DNA of 56,731 nt, filler included, from Jimgerdemannia flammicorona (lineage: Eukaryota), in assembly GCA_003990765.1 (NCBI GenBank). It is 3 parts of 3 records of this genome, joined end to end, with 100 filler letters (N's around TTAATTAATTAA, not from the genome) between each part and the next. Parts side by side here need not be neighbours in the genome. Positions count along the whole stretch, not along the records: positions 1 to 18,845 come from RBNJ01002092.1; 2 more parts are not named here. One strand, 5' to 3'. Shown here one piece after another: positions 1 through 11,608 of the stretch. Made by a program: the position numbers and the translations under genes. The notes beneath the pieces were generated by a model, which was not told the origin of the DNA, searched no databases, and saw nothing but the letters and a program-made list of their open reading frames with translations. Every line of letters begins with the position of its first letter. The first letter of the stretch is position 1.

Positions 1-1167
1 TTTTTTTTAATGGACTCATGTCTCACGGAATTTTATTGGAAGGGAACCTAGACTATATAGGCCAAAACCCTCCCCCACCACCCACCAAGCACTGCCACCC
101 CATTAACTTAGGCTAGCTATTGTCCAGCAGCTCGACCATACCAGATGCAGCAGGGCCAATTAGGTCCATACCTCATTCTGTACACCATGCTCTCCCTACC
201 ACCAGGGGAAACCCAACCATATGCCAACGACCAAAAGCACATGCCTGAGAACCCAACGTATGTACAAGGCCATGCCCGAGCCAAATAGAATAGCCCCTGC
301 CACCCCAAAGAGAATGACAGGTAAAGAAAAAACCCTCATCAAAGTACAACACAGTTGATAGCTCCCAGTTGAGGTGAGTAAAGAACTTATATATGAGGTG
401 GGAGGGAACCCCCAATACTCCACTACTCAAGCCTGTGGGCCTTGATCACATTGCTGTGTCAGCTCCTGATTCCAGTTGAGTGTAGCCAAGACACCTGAAA
501 TGGGTAGCCTCGGGCCTCCTGACCCCCTCTGATGACTGGGGCCCAACCCTGCTGACCACCAAAAGAAGCCGATAGTGACACCTACTACCTAACCATACCG
601 CACCAATCAAAAGGCCACACCGAAGCAGCACCTACCCCAGTCCCAATAACTGCCCCCAGCCTAGCACCCTACTGGTTCACTATTATTGCCCTTCCTCCTA
701 TCTATGATAGCCATCTCCCCTCCCATCGCGACAATACCCAAAAAGCAGTCATCTATGCCAGAACCGCGCTCACCAGGAAGCTTGCCAAAGCCAGAGGACT
801 CCATTACAGGCACTGAAGACCTGCAGGTAACCTATACTGAGCACTTGATACCCAAGGTCGGCTGACTCCCTACATAGCCCGAGACACACCAAGACAACAC
901 CTTGTTGGTGATAGCAAAGGGAAGAAGATGCCACACCAAAACAGATATACCCCAGATGCAGCCGAAGGCACCAGAATCCGCGAAAAAGTGGAGGAAGCAC
1001 CAATCTGACACTGATAAAGGGGCAACTCATCACCATTGCCCTCCTCCCACTATGCCCCTGCAGGTACAGCAAACCAACCTGAGGTAGAGAGGGTAATAAT
1101 AGGAGAAAGGGGACTCGGAAGGTCACCTACCAAATCTTGTAACCAGTAAGATAGTGGAGAAAGGAGC
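1..1167 (-). mobile_element. Non-coding poly(A)-tailed retroposon, copy 1 (~1.15 kb)
   Basis: Colinear with 38595-39740. The minus strand ends AATAAA...GAGTCCATT-poly(A) at the window start. No credible ORF. Confidence 0.75.
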
Positions 1168-1678
1168 ATGCCCTTTTAGAATCTAAATTCAAGCAATGTA
1201 CTCAAGAAATGGGTATTTCTATCAATATATCAGTATCCAGCTAAGCAACCTTTAAGTATTATATTACAATTATTCACTAGTCCATATCTCATTTCTTCCT
1301 TTATATTTGAATTTTTCTGCCAATGAGACCTACCAATATCCTACATTTTCACTATATTTTAAGCATGTGTAGATTTCCTCTTTTTAGCTCATTTACAGTC
1401 AATTAGCAGTTATTGCTTGGTTTATTGTATTTCTTACATTCTTACATTCATACATATTATCTCATTGAGCGGGAGTGTTGATTATTTGCATCTCAATAAT
1501 TTGTGGCTTATATGTGATTATGTCACCCTTGATTACATCACTGATTCCAATGACTTATCTGGAGTAATAAACAGTGCTCCTCCTCTTTGCTGCTCTCTCT
1601 CCACTTATTCACAACAGAAGTCTTAAGAACTCAGAGAGGCTGGAGCTGCGAACAGAAGTTCACACCTTTCAAGCATAC

Positions 1679-2241
1679 TTTGTAGATTCAATGTAGTCAC
1701 GGTCGCATTCTACTTCAGGTACTCGGCCAGTGCGCGTTCCCCATCGTCACCGATTTCGTTGTCTCAAGATGAGCAGAGGATAAGTGAGCAAACACGCATG
1801 GGCGGTGAGTTGGTACCCATCACACGGTTGCAAATAGCAGTTCTCACAGTTCAACATACATTGGAGTTGCAGCGTGGTGGCGGTCTTGTTCTGCTTCAGA
1901 GACTCAGTCAGTGCGCGTGCTCCCTCGTCGCCGATTCTTTATCAAAAGACGAAGAGAGGATGGAAGAACAAAGACGCTCTGGTACTCACCCACACATGCA
2001 TAAAATGGCTCCTATTTTCATACCATTGAGATTCGGTTTAGCCAAAGTCTTGCTCTACTTCAAAGCTTTGTCTATTGCAATTAGCATTTCGGCGCCCTGA
2101 CATTTAAAACTTCAGCTGGGCAACAGAGGCTCGGCCAGAGCACGGGCACACTCACCCACACATCGACTTCCGGCATACCAGAGAGATTCAGCTGCATAAG
2201 GGTCGTGTATTGCTTCAGAGATCCCTCTCCAATTTTGTGAC
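1679..2241 (-). pseudogene. RNI-like/NLRC3-type leucine-rich-repeat gene remnant, one LRR per exon
   Basis: Minus-strand exons ~2179-2241 (HKIGEG..SLKQYTTLMQLNLS), ~2024-2114 (AIDKALK*SKTLAKPNLN), ~1860-1943 (RIGDEGARALTESLKQNKTATTLQLQ) and 1679-1762 (NEIGDDGERALAEYLK*NATVTTLNLQ). Each ends at a phase-1 GTATG donor. Two exons have in-frame TAG stops. Confidence 0.8.
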
Positions 2242-3362
2242 CTATAATGAAATGTATATACGATCGATTCAAACAGTCACACAGATTTCTTTAGAGATGT
2301 GCACGTAACTGGTAAATTCGCAAAAAGCATCTTTACTCCTTACAAGCCGACAAATTCAACGGTTTTACACATAAAAATGTATCAGCAAATAGAAAAAAGT
2401 AAAGCATAGACAAGTTCTATATCCAAACTTTTTTTTCCTTCTCACTATATTTGTTGGTGAAAAATGTGAGCCCTTCAAAGTGGACCGAAAATGCGGCTTA
2501 GCCATTTAATGGCATCATTAATGAATCCGCAGTCAAGCACGATAGTAAACGACCCGCAGTCAAGATCGATAGTAAAAACCACAAAACAACCCTGTCCAAG
2601 GCGACGTGTCACCAGGCAATAAGTAGGACTCGCACGGTAGAGATAAGGCACATTTCCTCGAAAATTCCCTCGACGAGTGACATCAATTATAACGAGAAGG
2701 AGGAATATTCCTGATCAATGACGCGGACAAGTTCCCTCGGTTTCTAATGTTACATGTGGCTTCTTGCCCCACAAAATTGCTGTCCCGATCGGGATGCCGG
2801 CACCGACCTCGTCAAGTTTGAAATATTTCGAAGCCAAGGTGATGAATCGTCAAAGCCCAATTCTTGCAGGTTTTTCTTTTTTTTTTTACTCTTTTCACCC
2901 CCTCTGTCGTCCTACCACTTCGCCAACGTTCTTTTTGTCAGCTTTCCTTCTTATCCTTCACCGAAACCACGCTGCTATTTAGGCGAACGTTTATTAGTAA
3001 TATTCCGTTGATTTTCTACCCAAGAACGTTGAGAAAAAGGAAATTCAGGGTCATGGGTGTTCTTGTCATGCGATCTCCGTCATGCCTCGAGGAGTCATAC
3101 TTTATAATTATTTTCCCGATTCCTGCGCCCCCGTATTTTTATAACGTGCCAAGATTTCCCTAATGCAGCTGCGGCTGTGGCGCTCGCCACACCTGTATAA
3201 ATCACACGAACTCTCAACAGGAGCCCTCCTTTCTTTTCGCTAAACCAGACAAGCTGCACACAAAAAAAAAAAATATACATACAAAAAAAATACAAAAAAA
3301 TACCCTTACACTAAACAAGAAATAAACATTTACCGCCCTCCATCCAGCAAAAGTCGTTCAAT

Positions 3363-4192
3363 ATGGCGACGCTTGTTGGCTATCGTATCCCCTCGCAGAC
3401 CGTAAGTGCGCCATGCCTTTGGCAAACCCACGACACCATCAACACAATCGCTACTACTCGTTACCTGAACCTGTGAAGGCCGCTGATATACTCTCCATCC
3501 AACTGCGCATCACAGGAGATCTTTAGCAACTTGAATGTCGACGAAGCCGTGCGATGCGCCAACAGTACTGTACTATTGTCCGAAACGATCTTCATTTCCG
3601 ATCCTGAGAATGAAGAGCGCAGCACCAACGACGTCGTCCAGGTACGATTTTGGTGATGGTGACATGCACAGGAAGTGGGAACCATGTAGCTCTGGCATGA
3701 CGTTTTTTGTAATGATAAACCGCTCACCCAAATGTGTTGCTCCCGTTCCACAGGAGCTCTATCGAAAAGGTGTAAATATCCACGACTTCATCTACGAGCA
3801 ATCGTCAACAGTGTCAGATCTCCTACAGATTGGTATGTATTGGAAATGTTTATATTTCATTTTTTATATTAATTCCTTTTTTACGTTGCACGCATTCACA
3901 CTCGGCACCCCAATCCACTCGCACGTTCTCACCCATGTTACCACCTAACCGCCATTATTTAGGCACTCTCCTCTCCGCCCCCGAAGAAGTCACAAGCGCC
4001 CTAACCCAATACCGCAAATTGACAGAACGTGAGAAACTCGTCGCTGTTGGGCGTGAGTTCGAGCGCCTGAAGCTGCACAAGGATGCTTGCGGTGCGGTGT
4101 TGCGTCCGGCGCAGGGCCAAGAGGACGAGGAGCTGGAGAGCAACGATCTGGAGGAGGTCATCCTGGCAAACAAAAAGAAGCCGCTGACGTGA
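3363..4192 (+). CDS. Spliced GAT-domain (GGA/TOM1-like three-helix) protein; the 3' end may continue beyond 4188
   Basis: Exons 3363-3401, 3516-3641, 3754-3832 and 3963-4192 have GT..AG introns with consistent phases. Product includes NSTVLLSETIFISDPENEERSTNDVVQELYRKG...IGTLLSAPEEVTSALTQYRKL, which fits the GAT consensus. A GTGAGT donor at 4189 overlaps the stop. Confidence 0.65.
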
Positions 4193-5777
4193 GTTTGGGG
4201 TGTCTACCCCTTTTTTTCAGATTTCTCGTAGGGAGTGCGATAATCGTTGTTGCATGAAATGGGAGTCATATGTATGACAAATCTAAGACTTACGCTTCCC
4301 ATGCGCCTCACAACTCGGACAGTGATTCCAAGTCCAATGCACCAGCCGAAGATTCTCAGGCGCAGGCCGAGGCCAAGTGCTTCTCGTTCCATATCGGACG
4401 TAGAAGACGTTGTCAATTTTGGGTAAGCACCACTATCAAACTATAAAAACACAATAGTTCGCACGGATCACCTTTATGCCGATTTCTTACCCCATCTTCC
4501 GGCGTCTCTTCAAAACCGTAGCCATCACGACTAACCATTCTAGTGGTGGGAGGTCCCCACTTACGACAAACCCCGATCACATCAATGTCGAGTTCAAGAG
4601 TTGAGACATATCCGCCAGAGATCCAACCGCCATCGCTCTTTTGGCCAATGCCGTTAAGAATAAGCAAGTCGAACTCAACGAATTAAGAAATCGACGAGGC
4701 AAACACAATGGTCATCTTGGAGAATTCGCCCTCCATCTTCAACGAGAAGAAGACGAACGCGCCCTGCCTGCCGCCAACACGCCTAAAAGGGAAACGACGT
4801 CGCAGAAACCAAAAGAAAGGGGCAGAAAAAGCGAGCCCACATCGTTGTCATTGGTGATAAGGCCACTACAGAGGAAATAATATCAACCGTAAAAGGGCCG
4901 CTGCCGCGTCATCCTCCGCCACGCCGTCCCGAAAAGTACGGGCAAGAAAGCGGTATCGTCGGAACCTCTTCGCAAATTTCTGCGCAGAACCGTTTGGTAC
5001 ATGGTCAGGAAGAAAAGGACGTCGTCTCAAAGAAAGCTAAATAAACAATGTTGAAAGATTAAAGAAAAGGAGTGCTTTGAATTTGGAGGAAGCCAACCGC
5101 CGTCGCCGAGTCGTTTTCAGTCTCTGCCAACCTGTGGCAAGATTTCGAACAAATCTGTTATCAGAAGAAAGGCAACTATACACTTGAAGAAGCGGTCGCA
5201 TGCAAAAGAGTGACTGTAAGATCCATTGTCCTTTGGGCTCGCGCGATCTAAATTTGGACAAAAGCACGACAGTACGGACCCCTCAAGATAGAAGATCGCA
5301 AATCGTCAAGCGTTCCTGAAGTCGCGGATACAAGAAGAATTCTCCGAATGTAATAAAACTCCAGTCGGTTGATATATTCCGCCGGCTGAAGTGTTCCGTG
5401 ACATCCCCAACGAACTATTGATGCAACTTGAAGGAATTTCGATGACGGCAATGACGGAAGCACGAAACGATTGCGGTCAGTCAGACCCGATTGAAGCCGA
5501 AGGTGAAACATGTTAGTAATAAGGCTAGGAGAATGACCTAAACCACCAAATATTGTATGGCCATCACCACCTCGTAAATTGTAGTAATATATTTTTTTCT
5601 CATGTATTCCGGGATGGGATTAAGTTCTCTAAATACTAGTTTCTGAAATATACCAACCGCCACAGTTATGGTCAATTCCATATCCACTACATTCATATAA
5701 ACCTACAAATATTCCACACTCATACACAACCACTATGTTAATTGCTAACAAAATAATATCAGACCCATACAATATAT

Positions 5778-5779
<2 letters not shown>

Positions 5780-5849
<70 letters not shown>
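5780..5849 (+). repeat. Poly(A) tract (~70 nt)
   Basis: Directly visible A-run with one C interruption. Confidence 0.95.
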
Positions 5850-5854
<5 letters not shown>

Positions 5855-6052
5855 CCAAAATGGGCTCGCTATCTGTCTATTCTTCCGCAACCTGGTTGCA
5901 ACATCACGAAAAAATAATGCAATGGGATAACGGACCTGTGCAACTACAAAGATCCGATTTTGTTTCAAATTCAATTTGATGCAGGTAGCGAAATCCGTCC
6001 CAGTCCAGGCGAACGACCGCTGTAAAAGGCGACCCTGTACAAACGTATATAC

Positions 6053-7407
6053 TGTGACAAACCAAAACGTACCACCAGAATTATTACTTAGCCAGATGAC
6101 ATGAACACATAGCATAGTAACCAGCAATCATTGCTGCGGAAAGCTGTATAAATAGCCAGACTACCAGATAAGGTATACCTGTGCAAGACCTGCACACCTG
6201 TGCAAGACCTGCACACCTGTGCAAGACCTGCACACTTGCCATAGATAGTAATCTATAATTAGCAACATAGTAACCAGATAGCAACCACAACTGTATAAAT
6301 TACCCAAGAGACAAGAGTGAATAAACCTCAGTCCAAATTGAATCCAAAGCAAAAGTCAAGTCTGCCTACCATACTTCAAGAGGAACTCTACAGCCACTAC
6401 TAGGAGATTGTGAGCAAAGCATTCCTTTCCACTCCAGTCCACTTTCTGATATAAAGAGTTTGTTATGTTTTTGGTTCACTTACCAGATAAGCCTGAAGTT
6501 TGCCACCAAGTTCAAGGAAGAACTTTGCTGTATTTCCAAGTTATTTGCTGTATTCTCAGAAAGTCTAAGAGAAAGCCACCTTGCTCAAGCCAGTTTCTGA
6601 TGCAACTTTGCAGTGATCCATTCATGCAAACAAAGCCAGTCTTTGATGTAACTTTGCCAAGAGACCCTTTCCCAAAGCCACCAGTTAATTCCTAGTTGAA
6701 GCTGCCATCTTCAAGAAGAAGCCCACCAATTCAAGAAGAATCTGTGCCATTCAAGCTATTTCTCAGAGAGCCACCAATTCAGGAGAATCTGCATCATCTG
6801 CCATTTTCAAGTTATCTGCATTCCCAGTTGAAGTCCGCCCATTCAGAAAGAATCCATGCCACCTGAGTTATTATTTCCAGAAGAACCTGATTTATGCTAT
6901 CCAAGTTTCCACATCATCTGAGTTATCTATGCCATCTGAGTTATTTATTGTTCCCATTGAGCCCAAGTTATAGAGTTATCCACCACCAGCATTATTCCCA
7001 GTAAGAAGATCATCACACTACATAGAGATCACTGTGCAATACAGAGATCATCACACTATTACTGTCACCCAGAAATCACATACTTTTGGAGATTGCCATC
7101 ACTCAAGAAGAAAAACTATTAAATTGCCAGATCATCACACATAAGGAACCTGTTGTACTATATATGAAATTCCACCAATTTCCAGTTGACTCAAGAAGAA
7201 AAGACATACAAATTGCTGCTACATCCAGAGAATCATCTCAATTAGGAAATTGATATATAAATTACTTACAGATATCCAGCTTTTGACTATTATACCACTA
7301 AACATCAAGAACATTTTGTTGCTTTTAACAAAGTAACTGGGGGGTTAAGCCAAACTACATCAATCCCCAACCTTGTAATTCACCTCTATTGAGCTAGGCA
7401 TATTACA
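6053..7407 (+). repeat. Putative 5' LTR of family A
   Basis: Starts TGTGA where CpG depletion begins and ends TTACA just before the PBS. No second copy is present, so the left boundary is inferred. Confidence 0.55.
6177..6233 (+). repeat. 19-bp tandem repeat x3 (ACCTGTGCAAGACCTGCAC) in LTR A
   Basis: Three perfect units visible. Confidence 0.9.
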
Positions 7408-7409
7408 TT

Positions 7410-7427
7410 TGGGGGCTCAACTGGGAA
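7410..7427 (+). promoter_or_regulatory. Primer-binding site, tRNA-Pro-like
   Basis: TGGGGGCTCAACTGGGAA lies 2 nt after LTR end CA. It resembles the classic Pro PBS TGGGGGCTCGTCCGGGAT. Confidence 0.6.
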
Positions 7428-7965
7428 GATTTCAAAATCAATATGACTTTTTAGCTTATAAGAACCCACAGTCAAACTGGATACATTTGATACAATACCA
7501 ATCTCTGCCACCACAGAAGAACCAGTTATCACTATCATCTGGACAGGAAGAGAAGTAATCACCTCAAGACTTACTAATTACCCAGCATCAGAAGAATCCC
7601 AACCAGAACCAGAAGCCAATATAGCCCGAAATCTCCAATCAGATTAATCAGAAAACACCAGTGGCCCTGTTGAAAATTTTGAAAAACTTGTACAAGAACT
7701 AGAAGATCTTATTATACAAGCCCAAGATCTTACAGCCAGATACCCCATATTAGTACCATCAATCTTGCTAATAGAACCTTTACCACAATCCCTTGCAGAG
7801 TTAGAAGTAGCTCCTACAAGAATACCTAGGCTCATTCTACTTTATCCAAGGTCCAGAACACTATCCTCAGGATACCCAAGCGCCTCTATCTCTAGTGACA
7901 GCTCAGAAAGTGAATTAGAATCAGAATCCAGATCAGAATCAAAATCAGAAGAAAGTGACAATAAA

Positions 7966-9030
7966 ATGGCCACCTCATTACCAACCTTTGCAGGATATCT
8001 AGAGGAAGACCCCAGAGAATTTCTTGATGAAATTTAAGGAATTGCAGCTATGAGAAATCTCTTAGATGAAAGAAAAATCACCATCTACAAAGCTCAGCTC
8101 AGAGAGCCAGCCAGAGGAATTTTCCACCAAACAGCAAATGACTCAAATTCAGAACTGGCAAAACAGATATAGGCAGTAATGTCTTATGAGCTAGAATATG
8201 TGGCCATGGTCTACTGGCTCATTGAAAAGTATGCAGGAAATGAAACCCACTACAAGGCTTAAGAATCCATCATGAGAATGAAGATGAATCTTAGAGAGTT
8301 ACCTAGAGCCTTCTTCATAAATATCCAGAATAGAATGCATGTTGCCAGGTTCAATATCACTAATCAGAACATTATAGGTCCAATGACCTTCATGAATGAA
8401 ATTTCCCTGAACATTTCCCAATATATCTGCACCCTAGGCATCAGAAGGTCTGAAGAGCAAGTAGATATAGTCCAAGAATTCTTTGATATCAGGCAAGAAA
8501 CTACCTGGAGTGATCATGACAAGAAAGAAGATAAAGAAAATATCCTGGTCAAAGCCCTACAAGGACTCCTTTAAGGACAAGAAAGATCTGAAGAAAGAAG
8601 CCCAGCTAAAGAAGAAAAGTAGAACAGAAGTGAAATCCAAGACCTCAGCTCCAAGTTGGACTGATTGGTTGGACAGATTGAAAAACTTGCAATATGTGAA
8701 AATCAGAGCTATCAAGACAACAGAGAATACCCACCACAGAGGAGCCAAGGTTATCCACCAAGAGATAACAGGAATTACCAGCAAGAAGAAAGAAGATACT
8801 CTGTCCAAGACAGAGCCCAAGTTCAATGCTTCCACTGTAGACAATTTGGACACTATACTACTGAATGTGACAACAAAAGAAGTGACCAAAGGGACTCAGA
8901 ACCACCAAACCAAAGGAATGACACTCAGTTTAAGAAGACTGAAGTCCATCCCATTGAAGATTTTGAGAAAGTAAGCAACAGTAAAGACTACAGTGACCTA
9001 GACTTATACCCTACTAAGGTTATCACCTGA
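7966..9030 (+). pseudogene. gag: Gag of family A with CCHC zinc knuckle
   Basis: MATSLPTFAGYLEEDPREFLDEI... in one frame with scattered stops. CFHCRQFGHYTTEC at 8827-8868. Confidence 0.8.
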
Positions 9031-9419
9031 AAAACAGTTTACTCAGCAGAGAAGAGGAAGAGACCTGTAGAAAGGTCATCCAGGAATATTAGCAGAAGAA
9101 TTATCCAAGAAGAAGATAAAGAACTTGAAGAGGAGCAGGTAGAAACATCTCCCCAAACTCCCTCACCTTTTGTCCCCAAGACAAATGAGTTACCACTAGA
9201 AGATGAAGAAATAAAACCATGCTCAGAGATATCTACAATGAAGCCTGGCAGAAGATTCAAGAAGCTAAGATAGAGGTCCCCCTTCTGCAGTTTCTACAAC
9301 TGATACTAGCTGGAGTTCAAAATAAATTACTAAGAACCACTAGGTCTAGCACTGGCTGAGTTCCCATTCTGCAGCAAAAGCTAGCCCTGACACCTATCCA
9401 GGCTGCAGAGAGACATATC

Positions 9420-9780
9420 AGCACCTACTTACATAGAGATATTGAAGAACAAAAAGTGAAAATTCTTATAGATACAGGAGCAAGTATCTGTATTATTGCC
9501 AAATGATTTCTGGATACCCTCCAATGGCCCATTGAGGACCATCCAACCTCAGCATCATAGTAGCAGATAGAGCCTGAACTCGACCCCTTGGAGAAGTATG
9601 GAATATCACTATCTCCCTTGGACACATTCAGTTCTCCATCCTGAAAGCTGCTATTACTGAAGCTATCACCTATGACATGATTCTTGGTACCAACTAGATG
9701 AAGGAAATGAATGCAGTTGTTGACATCAGTCAACAGGTACTCAGGTTTGACTACTAAGGCAAGAAGTATAGAGTTAAGGT
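9420..9780 (+). pseudogene. Retropepsin aspartic protease of family A
   Basis: VKILIDTGASICII at ~9456-9497, with a downstream YDMILGTN-type motif in a shifted frame. Confidence 0.8.
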
Positions 9781-11081
9781 GACCAGCTATAAGCAATCAA
9801 AGAAGAAGAAGAAGGTCACTATTTAGGAGGAATATACTAGTAGTGAAAAATCTACCATAGAAGAGAAGGAAGAATTTGAAGATAGAAATGACCCCAGACT
9901 CAATCTCTGAATTAACCTAGTGGATGATAGACCAGAAGACAATATATGGGTCAAGAACACTGTCCCTATTACCTTTGGAGCCATTGTAGGAGAAATCAAA
10001 GGATGTTCCATCTGCCTCAAGAGACACAAGTGCCCCAAGCACTCCTCCAAGATTATTGGGAAAAGGAATTCGCCTTGTACAGCCTGCTCTAAGTGCAGAA
10101 AGAAGAAGAAGAAATGCAGACATACTCCAGAAATACCTGCAGCCAAAGCTGCAGAAGTGTAAGCAATTTGGGGACAAGAATCATCTGAGAAAAAAGAAGT
10201 TCCTGACCAAAAAGTTCCTGAACAAGAAGTACTGAAAGAGGAAGAAGTCCCTGAACTCATTCCCTGGAATGACCCTTGCTGAACACCATCTGAAGACAAT
10301 GACCCTTGGAATATAGAAGAAGGACCCAGCATAATCACCATTATCTCCAAAAAAGAAACTCACAAATAAAAGACTTTTTGGCTAGAAAGATGTGGTCTTC
10401 CACTCTCTCTGAGAACTATGCTATCAGTGCCATCTACTAGACCAACAGGAGAGACAGAGACCCCAGAGACCAGAACTCCCAAATATAGTTGCACAGTCAA
10501 CTACTTTCCAAGAAGTTACTACCAAGTTGCAAAGCTGATTCAGAGGACAAGGCCTCTTCACCTGGACAGAAGTATACCTCTTTTCTACTCTCTCACCAAC
10601 TTATGACCAAGATGGGTACTGATTTCCAAGATAATAAGAGATCAATAACTGAAAACATTATTTCTGAGCAATGGAATATTGCAACCATGGAAGACACCCA
10701 GACTGCTGAGACTGCAGGCATCAGAAGATCCTTCTCAGCCATGATGTTGTAATTCACACTTTGAAGAGAGGAGATAACTGAAGCCAGATCTGAAAAAGTC
10801 AGACCAAAAAGCCAGGAAGAAGGACTCTTAAGATCTATGATTAAGGAGAAGACATCCTAGCTCTCATCAGACATGCAACCTACCAAGGATGGGTAGAAGA
10901 TACCACCAACTTCATGGAAGCCCTAGACCCTACAGGAAGAAGAGAAATCAACTATCTCTGAGACCCCTCTACTGGAGCCAGATGGCCACACCTCAACCTA
11001 AGAGCTTGGAGGCTTTCTGCTAGTAGATGTTCAGCCTTAGGTCAGCCCAAACTCAGCAAGGATATTGCCCAGTATGCCCTG

Positions 11082-11472
11082 CTGCATTCCAAGGCCAAAC
11101 CCCTGACCAAAGCCCACCCAGAGGATATAGGATATGATCTCCACAGTCTGGAGGACAAATCTATCAAGTCTGGAAAAATCTTCATAATCAGAGCTGGATT
11201 AGCTATGCAGTCATCCTGAGGAGCTTACATTCAATTGACCTCAAGGTCTGGACTTACCAGACAAGGAATAACTGTAGAAGGAGAAACCATTGACTCAGGA
11301 TATATAGGCGAAATCAAGGTCATTCTATACAATAATAGTACAGAATAGCACTGAATTATTAGAGGACAGAAGATTGCCCAAGCAGTCTTCATGAAGGTCA
11401 AGATCTCACAACTATAAGAAGTTTCTAAACTGACTGAAGGAACAAGACAAGCCAAAGGATTTGGAAGCTCAG
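11082..11472 (+). pseudogene. dut: Trimeric dUTPase of family A
   Basis: All five motifs: IGYDL, SRSGL, GETIDSGYIGEI, KIAQ, RQAKGFGSS. In-frame stops present. Confidence 0.9.
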
Positions 11473-11594
11473 ACAAGAAGAAGATATATCTCCTTCAAGT
11501 CAATCAAAAAAAGTTATTATTAGATTTTTGACCATCTAAATAATATAACAACACTGGACCAAATTGGAAGAATATGATGGGAATTTTAAAAACT

Positions 11595-11607
11595 AAGAAG
11601 GGGAGAG
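11595..11607 (+). promoter_or_regulatory. Polypurine tract (family B type)
   Basis: AAGAAGGGGAGAG just before TGTAAG, identical to the PPT at 48736-48748 (minus). Confidence 0.85.
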
Positions 11608-11608
11608 T

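Larger units (their letters stand above)
6053..11510 (+). mobile_element. Degenerate LTR retrotransposon family A (LTR-PBS-Gag-protease-Cys-rich region-dUTPase; no RT seen)
   Basis: TG..CA LTR candidate, PBS, CCHC knuckle, DTGAS protease and dUTPase motifs in order. CpG almost absent. Confidence 0.75.

Noticed and set aside
1100..1167. tRNA-derived SINE head
   Set aside because: Only a loose B-box-like TTCCGAGTCC, not conserved in copy 2, with no A-box or cloverleaf.
5629..6127. Poly-Lys/poly-Phe ORFs
   Set aside because: Translation artefacts of the poly(A) tract.
11082..11472. TE dUTPase as a direct counter-defence against the C>T mutator
   Set aside because: dUTPase lowers dUTP misincorporation and does not prevent cytosine or 5mC deamination in DNA, so the link is not mechanistically supported.
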